DNA of 64,000 nucleotides from Trichormus sp. ATA11-4-KO1 (GCA_019358915.1 JAHHIM010000065.1:96001-160000); one strand, 5' to 3'. Numbered from the stretch's first letter, positions 1 to 10,336 are shown. Translations and numbers: made by a program. Notes: generated by a model from the sequence alone, not told the origin.

Positions 1-1182
1 CCTACTAGCGTGCAGTCCAGCAGTGCGCCTCAGCTAACCAACTACTCTGTAAACTCAGCTAGTATCAACCCTAATCCACCAGTTGCTTCATCACAGTTAC
101 CAGTATTTGCCAATAACAGCAGTGTGACTATCCCCACACCAGTAACTGCCAATAGCCAAATACAGGTAAATACTGAGATTTCCACAGAAACAGAATCTAC
201 CAGTGTTAATACTAATGGTCTAGGTGGTGATACGCCAGTACCAAAAGTTTTTGCCGAAATTCAGCGATCAAGAAAAGCAGCTGAGCAAACGGCAAGCACA
301 AAAGACAATGAACGTCTCCGCGGCCTACAAGCAGAAATCCAGAGATTACAGGAGAAATACCGTACCCAACAGTCCGGGAATGCAAGCGTGCCAGCAGTTA
401 CCGAAAATGAAACTCCTGCCGTGCCGATTCCCGTTGCTAAACCCAATAATTTTGCAGTATCTCGCACAACTTCTGGACAGCAGAACGTTGCTATTCCCAT
501 TCCTGTTCCCAGCCCGATGTTACCTGGCTACAATAGTCAACCGGTTAATCCCCAATTCCGTACCACTCGTTCTAACGGGCCAGTCAATCCAGAATTTTTG
601 CCCAACCAAAAACCTGGTGAATCTGGTACTAGAGTCGCCACACCTCCCAGGGGTGTTGATGCCTCTGACTCTTTAGGAAAGTTGCGGGGAACCAAGGTTT
701 CTCCCCAGTTGCGTCCACAGTTACCACCTTTGGCAGCAGTAGATCAATACTTGCCCAAACCAATTGACGCGACTACACCCCCCCCTTCCAGCGCTTCAAC
801 AGCTTACGTGTGGCCGGCAAAGGGCGTACTCACCTCCGGCTATGGTAGGCGTTGGGGAAGAATGCATAGGGGCATTGATATTGCTAACGCCACTGGTACA
901 CCAATTTACGCAGCAGCTGATGGTGTGGTAGAAACATCTGGCTGGAACAGAGGTGGCTACGGCATCCTTGTAGAGATTCGCCATCCTGATGGCAGTAAGA
1001 CTCGTTATGCCCACAATAACCGGACTTTGGTGCAGGCAGGTCAACAGGTGAGCCAAGGTCAACAAATTGCGGAAATGGGCAGCACTGGTTTTAGCACCGG
1101 TCCTCACACCCACTTTGAAATCCATCCAGCAGGCAAGGGCGCATCTAATCCCATTGCCTTTTTACCGCAGGAACGCCTGTAA
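1..1182 (+). CDS. M23 family metallopeptidase (NlpD-like), 5' end probably outside window
   Basis: C-terminal HRGIDIA / YAH / STGFSTGPHTHFEI zinc motifs; long Pro/Ser/Thr-rich linker with coiled coil; frame open from window start. Confidence 0.9.
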   Translation, partial: PTSVQSSSAPQLTNYSVNSASINPNPPVASSQLPVFANNSSVTIPTPVTANSQIQVNTEISTETESTSVNTNGLGGDTPVPKVFAEIQRSRKAAEQTASTKDNERLRGLQAEIQRLQEKYRTQQSGNASVPAVTENETPAVPIPVAKPNNFAVSRTTSGQQNVAIPIPVPSPMLPGYNSQPVNPQFRTTRSNGPVNPEFLPNQKPGESGTRVATPPRGVDASDSLGKLRGTKVSPQLRPQLPPLAAVDQYLPKPIDATTPPPSSASTAYVWPAKGVLTSGYGRRWGRMHRGIDIANATGTPIYAAADGVVETSGWNRGGYGILVEIRHPDGSKTRYAHNNRTLVQAGQQVSQGQQIAEMGSTGFSTGPHTHFEIHPAGKGASNPIAFLPQERL

Positions 1183-1216
1183 TTCCTATCTATTTTCAAC
1201 TAAATGTGCCGTGTTC

Positions 1217-1242
1217 AAAGAGGGAGCAAGACTCCCTCTTTT
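1217..1242 (+). terminator. intrinsic terminator
   Basis: AAAGAGGGAG-caaga-CTCCCTCTTT followed by T-rich tract after M23 stop. Confidence 0.7.
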
Positions 1243-1383
1243 GCTTTTTATATTTCGCAAGCAGGGTGGGGAGTGGGGGATGAGGGGGATGAGGTAGGTG
1301 TTTCACCAATGCCCAATTCCCTTAAAAAAGAGACTAGGCATGAACAAATTTGTATGCTATATTAAGAAACGATTCAAATATAT

Positions 1384-1457
1384 GGCTCAGTAGCTCAGTT
1401 GGTTAGAGCACGGGACTCATAAGCCTGGGGTCGTTGGTTCAAATCCGACCTGAGCCA
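1384..1457 (+). tRNA. tRNA-Met (CAT), probably elongator; CCA not encoded
   Basis: acceptor GGCTCAG/CTGAGCC + discriminator A, D-arm AGCTCAGTTGGTTAGAGC, anticodon loop CT-CAT-AA, T-loop GGTTCAAATCC; paired G1-C72 argues against initiator. Confidence 0.93.
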
Positions 1458-1493
1458 TTTAAATTTATTTAAATAAAACTAAAAGCTAAATAA

Positions 1494-3581
1494 TTAAGGC
1501 TGAAATTTAGCGAGATGGCGGATAACTTCAGAAACTGACCATGCTTGAGCGATCGCTCCCCTAGGTGTGTGGGGTGAGTCGCCATCAAAAATTTCCGAAA
1601 TAGAGTTTAGACAAGCATCAGAATGGAAGTGCTCTAGCAGTGGTTGCCAAGCAAAAGGTAAGGGTTGTTTCGGGTAAGAACGCTGCCAAGCACGGATAAA
1701 AGGACCAATCAGCCAACTCCAAACAGTACCTTGATGGTAGGCGCGATCGCGCTGCTGTGAATTTCCTGTGTATTCACCAATATAATCGGGATCTGCTGGA
1801 TCAAGGCTGCGAAGACCATAGGGAGTGAGCAAGCGGGATGTTGCCAAATCCATGATTGAGCGCCCCTGCTGTTGCGAAAATCCACAATGAGACAGCGACA
1901 GTGCCAAAACTGCATTGGGGCGAATTTGGGAATTGCGCCGATCATCTGGCTCAATGGTGTCGTACAAATAGCCTATTTGTGGATTCCAGAACTTTTGCAG
2001 GGAGGCTCTCACCTGTTGTGCTTGCTGGGCATAACGCTGTCCCTGCTTTGCTAGGCGTGCCGCATCACCAAATTCAAGTTGGCTTAATTGTTCTGCCCAT
2101 TGACTCATCCAACATAGTGCTGAATACCACAGGGCATTTATTTCTACTGGCTTACCGTTGCGGGGAGTTACAGGCTGTCCCCCAACTAGGGCATCCATCC
2201 AGGTAAGGGCTACACCGCGAACATCCCAACTAACTAGCCCATCGGTGGCATCAACTTGGATATTGTAACGTGTACCACCGATAAACGCTTTGTGGATTTG
2301 CTGCACCACTGGAAATTGCTCTGCCAAAAACTGCCAGTCTTGGGTGGCTTCCAAGTAAAGTCCTAAAGTTTCAATCCACCACAAAGCAGCGTCAATACTG
2401 TTATAAGACGGTTCATCATCGACATCCGGAAAAACATTAGGAATCAGACCGTGGCGACAGTAACGCCCAAAAGTTTGCAATAGCCCTTTTGCCAGTTCAA
2501 AGCGCTGTGTAACTAGGGCTAAACCTGGTAAGGCAATCAAGGTATCACGCCCCCAATCATTGAACCAGTGATAACCAGCAATAACTGTGGGGCCATCAAT
2601 TGAGGCTCGATAAACGATAAACTGATCGCTAGCTTTTAATAGTTGCTGCCAGATTGAAGATGGGGCATGGAAAGAACCTTCATTCCCAGTCACTTGATTC
2701 CAGCCAAAAATCTGGGAGAACCGTTCTTGCTCTGCCTCGACAGCCTCTGTAAAGGTTTCCGAAGTGAGCATACCTTGCAGTGGGTCGGGAAAACCCATTT
2801 GTGCTTCTAAAGTAACGGCATCTCCTGGCTGGAGAGTGACTGTCAAGTAACCAGGGCTGTAGAGGTCTTCGCGATCGCCTAGTCCGCGTTGCGTCTCTTC
2901 TGGTAACCCATAATCCCAATACCAAACCGCGTCTGCTTGATATTCTCCTTGTGTCCAGCGCAAGTGCCAAGGTGTGCCAAAATCACCGGAAAAGATAGCT
3001 TGTAGGCAGACTTGCTGTTGACCGAGCAATTGTGAGAATTGTAAGCCTGGACTAGCCTTTTGCTGGTGATGAAAGTCGCGATCGCCTATGAGTAACCGTA
3101 GTCGTAAAATCGCTGGATAATTTCCCTCATAGCGATACTGAATCAACAGACGATGAGAAAACCGCAAGGGGTGATTAGTGAGTGCTGAGTGGGAAGAATC
3201 ATTTTCTTTCCTCTTCTCTACTTCTGATTCCCTATTCCCTTCCCACCCGTGGGGCATGATCAATTGCCTGCTTAGTTGCCAGCTATCCTTACCCCAAATC
3301 CATTTGGGTACTGGGTTAATATCAAAAGAGCGCAGCATTTGGTAGCCTGTCGGCTCTATCTTACCACTGCCCCAGAAATTCGTCCCTAGTGCTACAACAT
3401 TCCCTGATACTTCCAAGCTGGCTTCTAGGTGGGAAAATAGCAGGGTGCGACCAGAAGGTGGATTTGTGGCAGTAAATAACCAACCATGATAAGTACGCGT
3501 GCGGACATCAGAAACAGTCCCACTGGCAAAACTTCCTAAGCCATTGGTAAGTAACCATTCTCTTGGATCTAAATCAGACAT
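1494..3581 (-). CDS. amylo-alpha-1,6-glucosidase / glycogen debranching enzyme
   Basis: REWLLTNGLGSFASGT N-terminus, IAGYHWFNDWGRDTLI, LTWMD, YHQGTVWSWL, EIFDGD..GAIAQAWS. Confidence 0.92.
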   Translation of the reverse strand: MSDLDPREWLLTNGLGSFASGTVSDVRTRTYHGWLFTATNPPSGRTLLFSHLEASLEVSGNVVALGTNFWGSGKIEPTGYQMLRSFDINPVPKWIWGKDSWQLSRQLIMPHGWEGNRESEVEKRKENDSSHSALTNHPLRFSHRLLIQYRYEGNYPAILRLRLLIGDRDFHHQQKASPGLQFSQLLGQQQVCLQAIFSGDFGTPWHLRWTQGEYQADAVWYWDYGLPEETQRGLGDREDLYSPGYLTVTLQPGDAVTLEAQMGFPDPLQGMLTSETFTEAVEAEQERFSQIFGWNQVTGNEGSFHAPSSIWQQLLKASDQFIVYRASIDGPTVIAGYHWFNDWGRDTLIALPGLALVTQRFELAKGLLQTFGRYCRHGLIPNVFPDVDDEPSYNSIDAALWWIETLGLYLEATQDWQFLAEQFPVVQQIHKAFIGGTRYNIQVDATDGLVSWDVRGVALTWMDALVGGQPVTPRNGKPVEINALWYSALCWMSQWAEQLSQLEFGDAARLAKQGQRYAQQAQQVRASLQKFWNPQIGYLYDTIEPDDRRNSQIRPNAVLALSLSHCGFSQQQGRSIMDLATSRLLTPYGLRSLDPADPDYIGEYTGNSQQRDRAYHQGTVWSWLIGPFIRAWQRSYPKQPLPFAWQPLLEHFHSDACLNSISEIFDGDSPHTPRGAIAQAWSVSEVIRHLAKFQP

Positions 3582-3774
3582 TTGCTACTCAAAATCGTTA
3601 TGACTATGATATAGTCGTAACAGATTGTAATTAAACTGTAAGACAGCCCTAAAAGAAAGGTTATCCAGACTTAAGGGACTGTGAACTTAATGAAACACAG
3701 CGTAGATGGGTGAGTTTAGCTGACCCAAATTCCAACGCTATGATACGGATATAAGTTGAAGGAGAATTAGGTTA

Positions 3775-4386
3775 ATGCCCCTCACTTACGCAACAGAAGG
3801 ATGCCTCCGTGTTGGTCAACAGGCTCCTGACTTTACAGCAACGGCTGTGGTAGATCAAGAATTTAAGACAATTAAACTTTCCGACTATCGCGGCAAGTAT
3901 GTCATCTTATTTTTCTACCCTCTAGACTTTACCTTTGTTTGCCCCACTGAGATCACAGCATTTAGCGATCGCTACGAAGAATTTAAAAAAATTAACACCG
4001 AAGTTCTAGGTGTTTCTGTTGATAGCGAGTTCTCCCACCTCGCTTGGATTCAAACCGATCGCAAATCTGGTGGTGTTGGTGACCTCAATTATCCTCTGGT
4101 TTCCGACATCAAAAAAGAAATTAGCGCTGCTTACAACGTCCTTGATCCAGCAGCAGGCATTGCTTTGCGTGGTCTATTCATCATTGACAAAGATGGTATC
4201 ATCCAGCACGCCACCATTAATAATCTAGCTTTTGGTCGCAGCGTTGATGAAACCCTACGGACATTGCAAGCAATTCAGTACGTTCAGTCCCATCCCGATG
4301 AAGTTTGCCCTGCTGGTTGGCAACCAGGCGACCAAACAATGGTTCCTGACCCAGTGAAGTCCAAAGTCTACTTCTCTGCTGTCTAG
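3775..4386 (+). CDS. typical 2-Cys peroxiredoxin
   Basis: [14 protein letters not shown] peroxidatic motif, GGVG, EVCPAGW resolving Cys, C-terminal YF. Confidence 0.96.
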   Translation: MPLTYATEGCLRVGQQAPDFTATAVVDQEFKTIKLSDYRGKYVILFFYPLDFTFVCPTEITAFSDRYEEFKKINTEVLGVSVDSEFSHLAWIQTDRKSGGVGDLNYPLVSDIKKEISAAYNVLDPAAGIALRGLFIIDKDGIIQHATINNLAFGRSVDETLRTLQAIQYVQSHPDEVCPAGWQPGDQTMVPDPVKSKVYFSAV

Positions 4387-4570
4387 ATTTTACTAGTAGG
4401 CAAAATTGCCAAAACCACAGATGCACACAGTGAAAAGTGTACGAGTCCGAGTTTCCCGGTACAAAACTTTTCCAGACAAATGAACACAGATATTGATTAT
4501 TTAGTGTTAGTTTGTATGTATATCTGTGGTTTTTTAATTTAAAGTTTTTTATAAAAAATTGCATAAAAAT

Positions 4571-5107
4571 ATGGTGACTTCTACTAATTTACGTGGCTTA
4601 TTAAATGAGAGATTCTTTCGTAACTTCTTACCTATTCCAGCTATAGATAAATTAAGACTAGGAGTAGGTACACCAGACTTTCAACTGCCAGATATCACGA
4701 ATGGCACTGCGGTGAAGTTATCAGATTACAGAGGAAAACAACCAGTATTACTTGCCTTTACGCGCATCTTTACAGAAAAGCAGTATTGTCCATTTTGTTT
4801 TCCTCATATTAAAGCTTTGAATGAAAACTACGAACAATTTAAAAATCGTGGTATTGAAGTTTTAATGATTACTAGTACAGATGAAAAGCAAAGTCAAATA
4901 GTTGTCAATGATTTAGGTTTACGAATGCCGTTACTCAGTGACCCTAGTTGTCGAGTATTTCGGAAATACAAAGTAGGACAAGCTTTAGGCGCACCTTTAC
5001 CAGCACAGTTTGTCTTGGATAAAGAAGGTAAATTGCTCTACAAGCATTTGTTTTCTTTCTTGGATCACAATGCTAATGTTGAAACATTATTAAAAGAATT
5101 CAATTAA
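4571..5107 (+). CDS. AhpC/TSA-family redoxin (peroxiredoxin-like)
   Basis: PDFQLPD, YCPFC CxxC, thioredoxin fold; ATG at 4571 preferred over TTG 4559. Confidence 0.85.
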   Translation: MVTSTNLRGLLNERFFRNFLPIPAIDKLRLGVGTPDFQLPDITNGTAVKLSDYRGKQPVLLAFTRIFTEKQYCPFCFPHIKALNENYEQFKNRGIEVLMITSTDEKQSQIVVNDLGLRMPLLSDPSCRVFRKYKVGQALGAPLPAQFVLDKEGKLLYKHLFSFLDHNANVETLLKEFN

Positions 5108-5237
5108 CTACAAGCAATCTGGTCTTGAGTGGTTACAAAATTGAGGTTTTCCCTTAATTAAATGTGAGTTCAACAAATATCAAAAACTCCTCTCCAAACC
5201 TCTCCCTTGCAAGGAGGAGCCTCTGTGGTTCCCTAAA

Positions 5238-6035
5238 TTACTCAATTTCTTCACAGCGAATTAACAGCATTTCCATTGCCTCCGCCAAAGAAATCAACTC
5301 ATTCCAAGAAGAACCACTGACTAAATTTTGGGCGTGCGCTAATCGATTTCGTAGCTGTTCAGCAGACTTGAGAAACCTTTCTCCAAATCGTTTTGACTTT
5401 AGTTGCAATTGCTGAAGAAGCTGGGGTTGATTTAAAACTAACTCTCGCTTATCACAAAACTGGAGGTAATCCAACAAATCCGTGGCTTCGTTTCTTTCTT
5501 GACTCTCTCGCCATAGCCTTTGAGCAACTTCTAGCCGTTCAGGTTTGAGAATTTTTTGCCAAGAATCTTGGGGATAGTAAAGTCGCACCAACCGGAGTAA
5601 ATTCATCTCTAATAGTGTCACCAAACCAAACAGCAACATTCGTGCTGGTGCTTTCTGTAAGTCACCACAGGTAACAATTCCACTGACTTGATTACAATCT
5701 AGGACAAATAATCGCGGTGTTTGTTGCAAAATCGGTAGCAATTTGATTAAAGGCGTAGAAATAGCAACAAGTTCCCTAGGATGAAACAACCGTTGATAGT
5801 CACTACACTTACCAGATTTAGCCGCCATCAAACTAGAGCGTTCAATATAACCAGTAATTGTGTCTCCCGTCTCAATACCGACAACATCAAAATCCTGCGC
5901 CTGCATCCATTGCAGTACCTCTATTACCTGGGACTCAGCCGACACAGCTTTTAGAGATTCCGCCACATATTCAATCGTGATATTGCTTTCAAACAAACTC
6001 CGCAGGTCTTGAGAACTGGATTTGAGGTGTTTCAT
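5238..6035 (-). CDS. CBS-pair-like N-terminus plus Swt1-like HEPN domain
   Basis: CBS-like segments (MQAQDFDVVGI..ITGYI; RLFVLDCNQVSGIVTCGDL); helical C-terminus with LLEMNL, YLQFCD and R-x4-H (RNRLAH). Confidence 0.6.
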   Translation of the reverse strand: MKHLKSSSQDLRSLFESNITIEYVAESLKAVSAESQVIEVLQWMQAQDFDVVGIETGDTITGYIERSSLMAAKSGKCSDYQRLFHPRELVAISTPLIKLLPILQQTPRLFVLDCNQVSGIVTCGDLQKAPARMLLFGLVTLLEMNLLRLVRLYYPQDSWQKILKPERLEVAQRLWRESQERNEATDLLDYLQFCDKRELVLNQPQLLQQLQLKSKRFGERFLKSAEQLRNRLAHAQNLVSGSSWNELISLAEAMEMLLIRCEEIE

Positions 6036-6103
6036 GAGACATCAGTGCCAGTTTTATACTGCCGTAGATGCCAGTTTAACGGAAATTCGGTTGATTGAAA
6101 AAC

Positions 6104-6140
6104 TTCAAACGCCCAGACTACAAAAGTCTGAGCGCTTGAA
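6104..6140 (-). terminator. hairpin downstream of Csp-like gene
   Basis: TTCAAACGCCCAGACT-acaaa-AGTCTGAGCGCTTGAA imperfect inverted repeat. Confidence 0.45.
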
Positions 6141-6177
6141 TACTAGGTTGCAGAGAAACTTCTGCTAGGTGGTGGAA

Positions 6178-6540
6178 TTAAGCAGGCATCATCTGCATAG
6201 ATCTACAAGTTTCTGCACATCTGCGGCAAGCTGCGGCACATTCCATCATCTTTCTATCTTCGCGCATTTGTTCACAAGCTGCGGCACAGCGATCACATAT
6301 TTCCGCGCACAGCATACAAGTGCGCCCCATGAACTCAGAACCACCCATCATCATATTCATGCACATCATGCACATTTCCGAGCAGTCGCGCATTATCCCC
6401 ATGATGCTCATGTTCATTTGCTTACCGCCTTGGCTCATGCAGTAAGTCATGGTTTCTAGGCAAATTTTGTGACATTCCATGCAAGCGCTCATGCAGTTTT
6501 GCATTTCGGTAGTCATGGTTTCAGTCATCATCATCATCAT
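6178..6540 (-). CDS. four-helix-bundle Cys-rich copper storage protein (Csp3/DUF326-like)
   Basis: repeated CxxxC/CxxC helices (17 Cys in 120 aa), no signal peptide; AGGAGG RBS before ATG 6540. Confidence 0.85.
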   Translation of the reverse strand: MMMMMTETMTTEMQNCMSACMECHKICLETMTYCMSQGGKQMNMSIMGIMRDCSEMCMMCMNMMMGGSEFMGRTCMLCAEICDRCAAACEQMREDRKMMECAAACRRCAETCRSMQMMPA

Positions 6541-6913
6541 CGGAAATACCTCCTGATTTATTGATGTATAGCTAATGTCCTTGAGGGGACTACTTCTAAC
6601 AGTAATCATATTTTTTGTAGAGTCAATAGTATTTTTTTAGCAAAATTTATAAACCTACTAACCCGATATAATTACCGGATATTTAAGCCAATACCACATA
6701 AATATAGTGTGGTTTTTCAGTAACTCTTGTTTAGCAACAGTTTGAATCTCCGGTGTTTAAGTAGAGATTTATTTTAGCTATTAAGTGTTTAACTGGGGAT
6801 CACTATATAAGCTGATATCTCGCCCAAAAATAATGTCTCATTTTTTTACAAAATTCTAAATCTTGCGCTTACACAAGCCAAAAAAACAAATTTCAATTTT
6901 TCCTCTCTAGCCT

Positions 6914-8050
6914 TTAATACAAAGCATTTTCTAAATCATTTTGCAAATCTAGCTGATGCTCTATACCTACAGAAAGACGAACTAAATTATCCTTAATTCC
7001 TCGTTTTATTCTTTCAGCTTCTGGTAGAGAACCATGAGTCATTTTGGCAGGATAGCAAAGCAGTGATTCTACCCCTCCCAAACTTTCTGCTAATAAAAAT
7101 AACTTGAGTCGAGAAACAAATTTTTCAACGTCGGTAAAATCACCTTTTAATTCCAAACTAATCATCCCCCCAAAGCCAGACATTTGTAATTTTGCAAGTT
7201 GATGTTGTTCGTGACTCGGTAACCCTGGATAATAAATTCGCTCGACTTTGGGATGTTGCACTAAAAATTTAGCTAAAAATAAAGCATTTTTTTCATGTTC
7301 CCGCATTCTTACGGCTAAAGTCTTAATACCTCGCAGCACTAACCAACTATCAAAGGGACTAGGAATAGCCCCGATCGCATTTTGATAAAACTTTAGTTCG
7401 CTGTATAATTTCTCGTTAGATGTAACAACTGCACCACCAATAATATCACTGTGTCCACCTAAGTATTTAGTGGTGCTATGAACCACAATATCTGCACCTA
7501 AATCTAATGGACGTTGAAAATACGAGCTAGCAAAGGTATTATCAACTACTAGAATAATATTATGTTTACGGGCAATATTTGCTAGTGCGGCAATATCAAT
7601 AATTTTTAAGAGCGGGTTGGTAGGAGTTTCAATCCAAATCAGTTTTGTATTTGGTTGAATAGAATTTTTCCAGTCATCAATATGATCAATATCTACATAG
7701 GTGGTGGTTACGCCCCAATTTTTCACCACTTGTTCTAGTAAACGATATGTACCACCATATAAATCATCACCAACAACTATATGGTCACCGTTTTTCAACA
7801 AACTTAATACAGTTGTAGTTGCGGCTAAACCAGAGGCAAATGCTAAACCATATTTCCCATTTTCAATAGAGGCTAAAGATTCCTCTAAGGCTGTACGAGT
7901 AGGATTACCAGTGCGAGAATATTCATAGCCTTTGTGTTGTCCTATGGCTTCTTGTTCATAGGTAGAAGTCAAATAAATAGGCACAATTACTGCACCTGTT
8001 TGGGGGTCTGGGTGCTGACCTTCATGAATTGCCTTGGTTTCAAATTTCAT
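6914..8050 (-). CDS. cystathionine gamma-lyase/synthase (PLP)
   Basis: YEYSRTGNPT, ETPTNP, VVHSTTKYLGGHSD PLP lysine, AESLGGVESL. Confidence 0.93.
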   Translation of the reverse strand: MKFETKAIHEGQHPDPQTGAVIVPIYLTSTYEQEAIGQHKGYEYSRTGNPTRTALEESLASIENGKYGLAFASGLAATTTVLSLLKNGDHIVVGDDLYGGTYRLLEQVVKNWGVTTTYVDIDHIDDWKNSIQPNTKLIWIETPTNPLLKIIDIAALANIARKHNIILVVDNTFASSYFQRPLDLGADIVVHSTTKYLGGHSDIIGGAVVTSNEKLYSELKFYQNAIGAIPSPFDSWLVLRGIKTLAVRMREHEKNALFLAKFLVQHPKVERIYYPGLPSHEQHQLAKLQMSGFGGMISLELKGDFTDVEKFVSRLKLFLLAESLGGVESLLCYPAKMTHGSLPEAERIKRGIKDNLVRLSVGIEHQLDLQNDLENALY

Positions 8051-8063
8051 TGTTTTCTCTTGA

Positions 8064-9425
8064 TTATTCTTGGTTTTGACTAATCCAATATTTAATTAAA
8101 TCTGCTCTGGTAATTAATCCCACGGGAACATGATTGCGTGTCACGATAATTGCTGTAGTTCCAGATAAAAGCACTCGATAAGCTTCAGAAATATCAACTT
8201 CTTCATCCAAAATTGGTAGCGGTTTACCCATGACTGCTAAAACTTCTTGGTTAGAAAAATTAATGCCATCATGGAGAAATTTCATTAATGAAGCTTCATT
8301 GACACTACCGACTACGTGACTATGCTCAATTACAGGTAGCTGTGAAATATTCAGTTTTTGCAGTAATTTAACAGCGTTATCTAAAGTATCATGGGAACTA
8401 ACAGCAACTAAAGAAGGAAAATCAGTTTTTTGCGCTAAAATTTCCCCGACTTTGGTAGTTTTTACGGTTTTACCTTCCCAAAAGCCATTTTCCTGCATCC
8501 AGGCATCGGAGTAGATTTTATTTATATAGTTTCTGCCTGTATCTGGCAGTAGAACAACTATATACTTCGGTTCTGATAATCGAGCGGCATATGTAAGGGT
8601 TGCAGCTACGGCTGTACCACAAGAACCTCCTACCAGTAAGCCTTCTTCTCTTGCTAAACGGCGAGCCATGTTAAATGATTCTTTGTCACTGATACGAATC
8701 ATTTCATCGACTAATTGGCGATTAAATGTCTTGGGAATAAAGTCTTCGCCAATACCTTCAACTTTGTATGGTTTGGGTGTGTCACCTGAAAGAATAGAAC
8801 CTTCTGGATCTGCACCAACAATGACTATATTGGGGTTCTGCTCTTTGAGATATTTGGCAACTCCAGAAATTGTCCCACCGGTTCCCATACCGGAAACAAA
8901 AACTTCAACTTTACCTTCACTATCTGACCAAATTTCTGGGCCTGTGGTTAGGTAATGGGTTAGGGGATTATGGGGGTTTTCAAATTGATTTGGTCTGTAT
9001 GCTCCTGGTATTTCTTTGGCGAGTCTTTCGGCTACGCCGTTGTAACTTTCGGGTGAGTCTGGTGCTACAGATGTGGGTGTAACTACGACCTCTGCACCGT
9101 AAGCTTTGAGGAGGTTGATTTTATCTTGGCTCATTTTATCAGGCATGATAAAGATGCACCGATATTTTTTGACGGCGGCAATTAGTGCTAGTCCGACGCC
9201 GGTGTTGCCTGCGGTGGCTTCGATGATGGTTCCGCCTGGTTTGAGGTGACCGGCTTTTTCTGCGGCTTCAATCATGGTGAGGGCAATTCTATCTTTGTTG
9301 CTGCCACCAGGGTTGAGATATTCTACTTTGGCGTAAATGGTAGAGTTAATATTTTGGGGAATACTGTTGAGTTTAACTAATGGCGTTTTGCCTATTGTTT
9401 GTAAAATGTTGTCGTAAGTGGCCAT
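8064..9425 (-). CDS. cystathionine beta-synthase with C-terminal CBS domains
   Basis: IGKTPLV, NPGGSNKDR, EATAGNTG, GMGTGGT, KVEGIG, then CBS pair; start taken at ATG 9425; 13 bp gap to the gamma-lyase. Confidence 0.9.
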   Translation of the reverse strand: MATYDNILQTIGKTPLVKLNSIPQNINSTIYAKVEYLNPGGSNKDRIALTMIEAAEKAGHLKPGGTIIEATAGNTGVGLALIAAVKKYRCIFIMPDKMSQDKINLLKAYGAEVVVTPTSVAPDSPESYNGVAERLAKEIPGAYRPNQFENPHNPLTHYLTTGPEIWSDSEGKVEVFVSGMGTGGTISGVAKYLKEQNPNIVIVGADPEGSILSGDTPKPYKVEGIGEDFIPKTFNRQLVDEMIRISDKESFNMARRLAREEGLLVGGSCGTAVAATLTYAARLSEPKYIVVLLPDTGRNYINKIYSDAWMQENGFWEGKTVKTTKVGEILAQKTDFPSLVAVSSHDTLDNAVKLLQKLNISQLPVIEHSHVVGSVNEASLMKFLHDGINFSNQEVLAVMGKPLPILDEEVDISEAYRVLLSGTTAIIVTRNHVPVGLITRADLIKYWISQNQE

Positions 9426-9698
9426 GATGGGTTGTGGGGTCTTTTGTTTTGGTGAATTTTTCCAAGAGGAACGAACCGCCAAGGCGCAGAGGACGCAGAG
9501 AGAAGAAAGAAAGGTTTTTATACTAGTTTTGAAATTGGCGATCGCACGGTATCTATGATCACGGTGTTGATACTACTCCCAACTCACCTAATTGCAAAAT
9601 ACTATATATAAGCTTTGAACTATAGACTGGATTATTGATACATTATTGATGCTGCGCTATGAATCCAGAGTTATTGAAGGTACTGAACCAGAATCATT

Positions 9699-10298
9699 AT
9701 GAAATCTCTACACCGTCCCGATCTTTATGGCTGGTCTACTTTCAATCCTGCAAGAAATATTGATTTCAATGGGATTGCCTGGGTTCGTCCAGGGGGCAAT
9801 ATCTTGATTGACCCAGTAGCCCTATCAAATCATGATTGGAATCATTTGCAATCCCTCGGTGGAGTGGTTTGGATTGTCTTGACGAATTCGGAGCATGTGA
9901 GGGCTGCTAAGGAAATTGCTGATCAAACTTATGCCAAAATAGCTGGGCCTGTGGGTGAAAAGGATTGTTTTCCGATATATTGCGATCGCTGGCTGGCTGA
10001 TGGTGATGAGGTAGTTCCAGGATTGGAGGTGATTGAACTCCACGGTTCTAAAACGCCGGGTGAGTTGGCTTTGTTGTTGGAAAAGACAACTTTGATTACA
10101 GGGGACTTAGTCCGCGCCCGTAAGGCAGGTAGTTTAACGATTTTGCCGGATGAGAAGCTGCTGAATCGGGAAGCGGCAGTGGCTTCTGTGAGGCGGCTAG
10201 CAGAATTAACTCAAGTAGAAGCTGTGTTAGTGGGTGATGGTTGGCCAATTTTTCGGGATGGACGCGATCGCTTAAAGGAACTTTTGGCGACACTGTGA
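9699..10298 (+). CDS. MBL-fold protein (degenerate metal motifs)
   Basis: NILIDP, IVLTNSEHVR, GSKTPGE, LITGD; canonical HxHxDH is degenerate. Confidence 0.75.
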   Translation: MKSLHRPDLYGWSTFNPARNIDFNGIAWVRPGGNILIDPVALSNHDWNHLQSLGGVVWIVLTNSEHVRAAKEIADQTYAKIAGPVGEKDCFPIYCDRWLADGDEVVPGLEVIELHGSKTPGELALLLEKTTLITGDLVRARKAGSLTILPDEKLLNREAAVASVRRLAELTQVEAVLVGDGWPIFRDGRDRLKELLATL

Positions 10299-10303
10299 TG
10301 AAT

Positions 10304-10327
10304 TAGGGGCGCAAAAAATCGCCCCTA
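10304..10327. terminator. bidirectional terminator between convergent genes
   Basis: TAGGGGCG-caaaaaat-CGCCCCTA between the MBL gene and msrB. Confidence 0.6.
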
Positions 10328-10336
10328 CTTTGATAA

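Noticed and set aside
1384..1457. tRNA as integration site of the accessory island
   Set aside because: No duplicate of its 3' end seen in the window and no integrase; flanking genes look core
6169..6459. His-rich 96-aa plus-strand ORF resembling a metal-binding peptide
   Set aside because: Antisense to the Met-rich Csp-like gene; CAT codons are simply reverse complements of ATG
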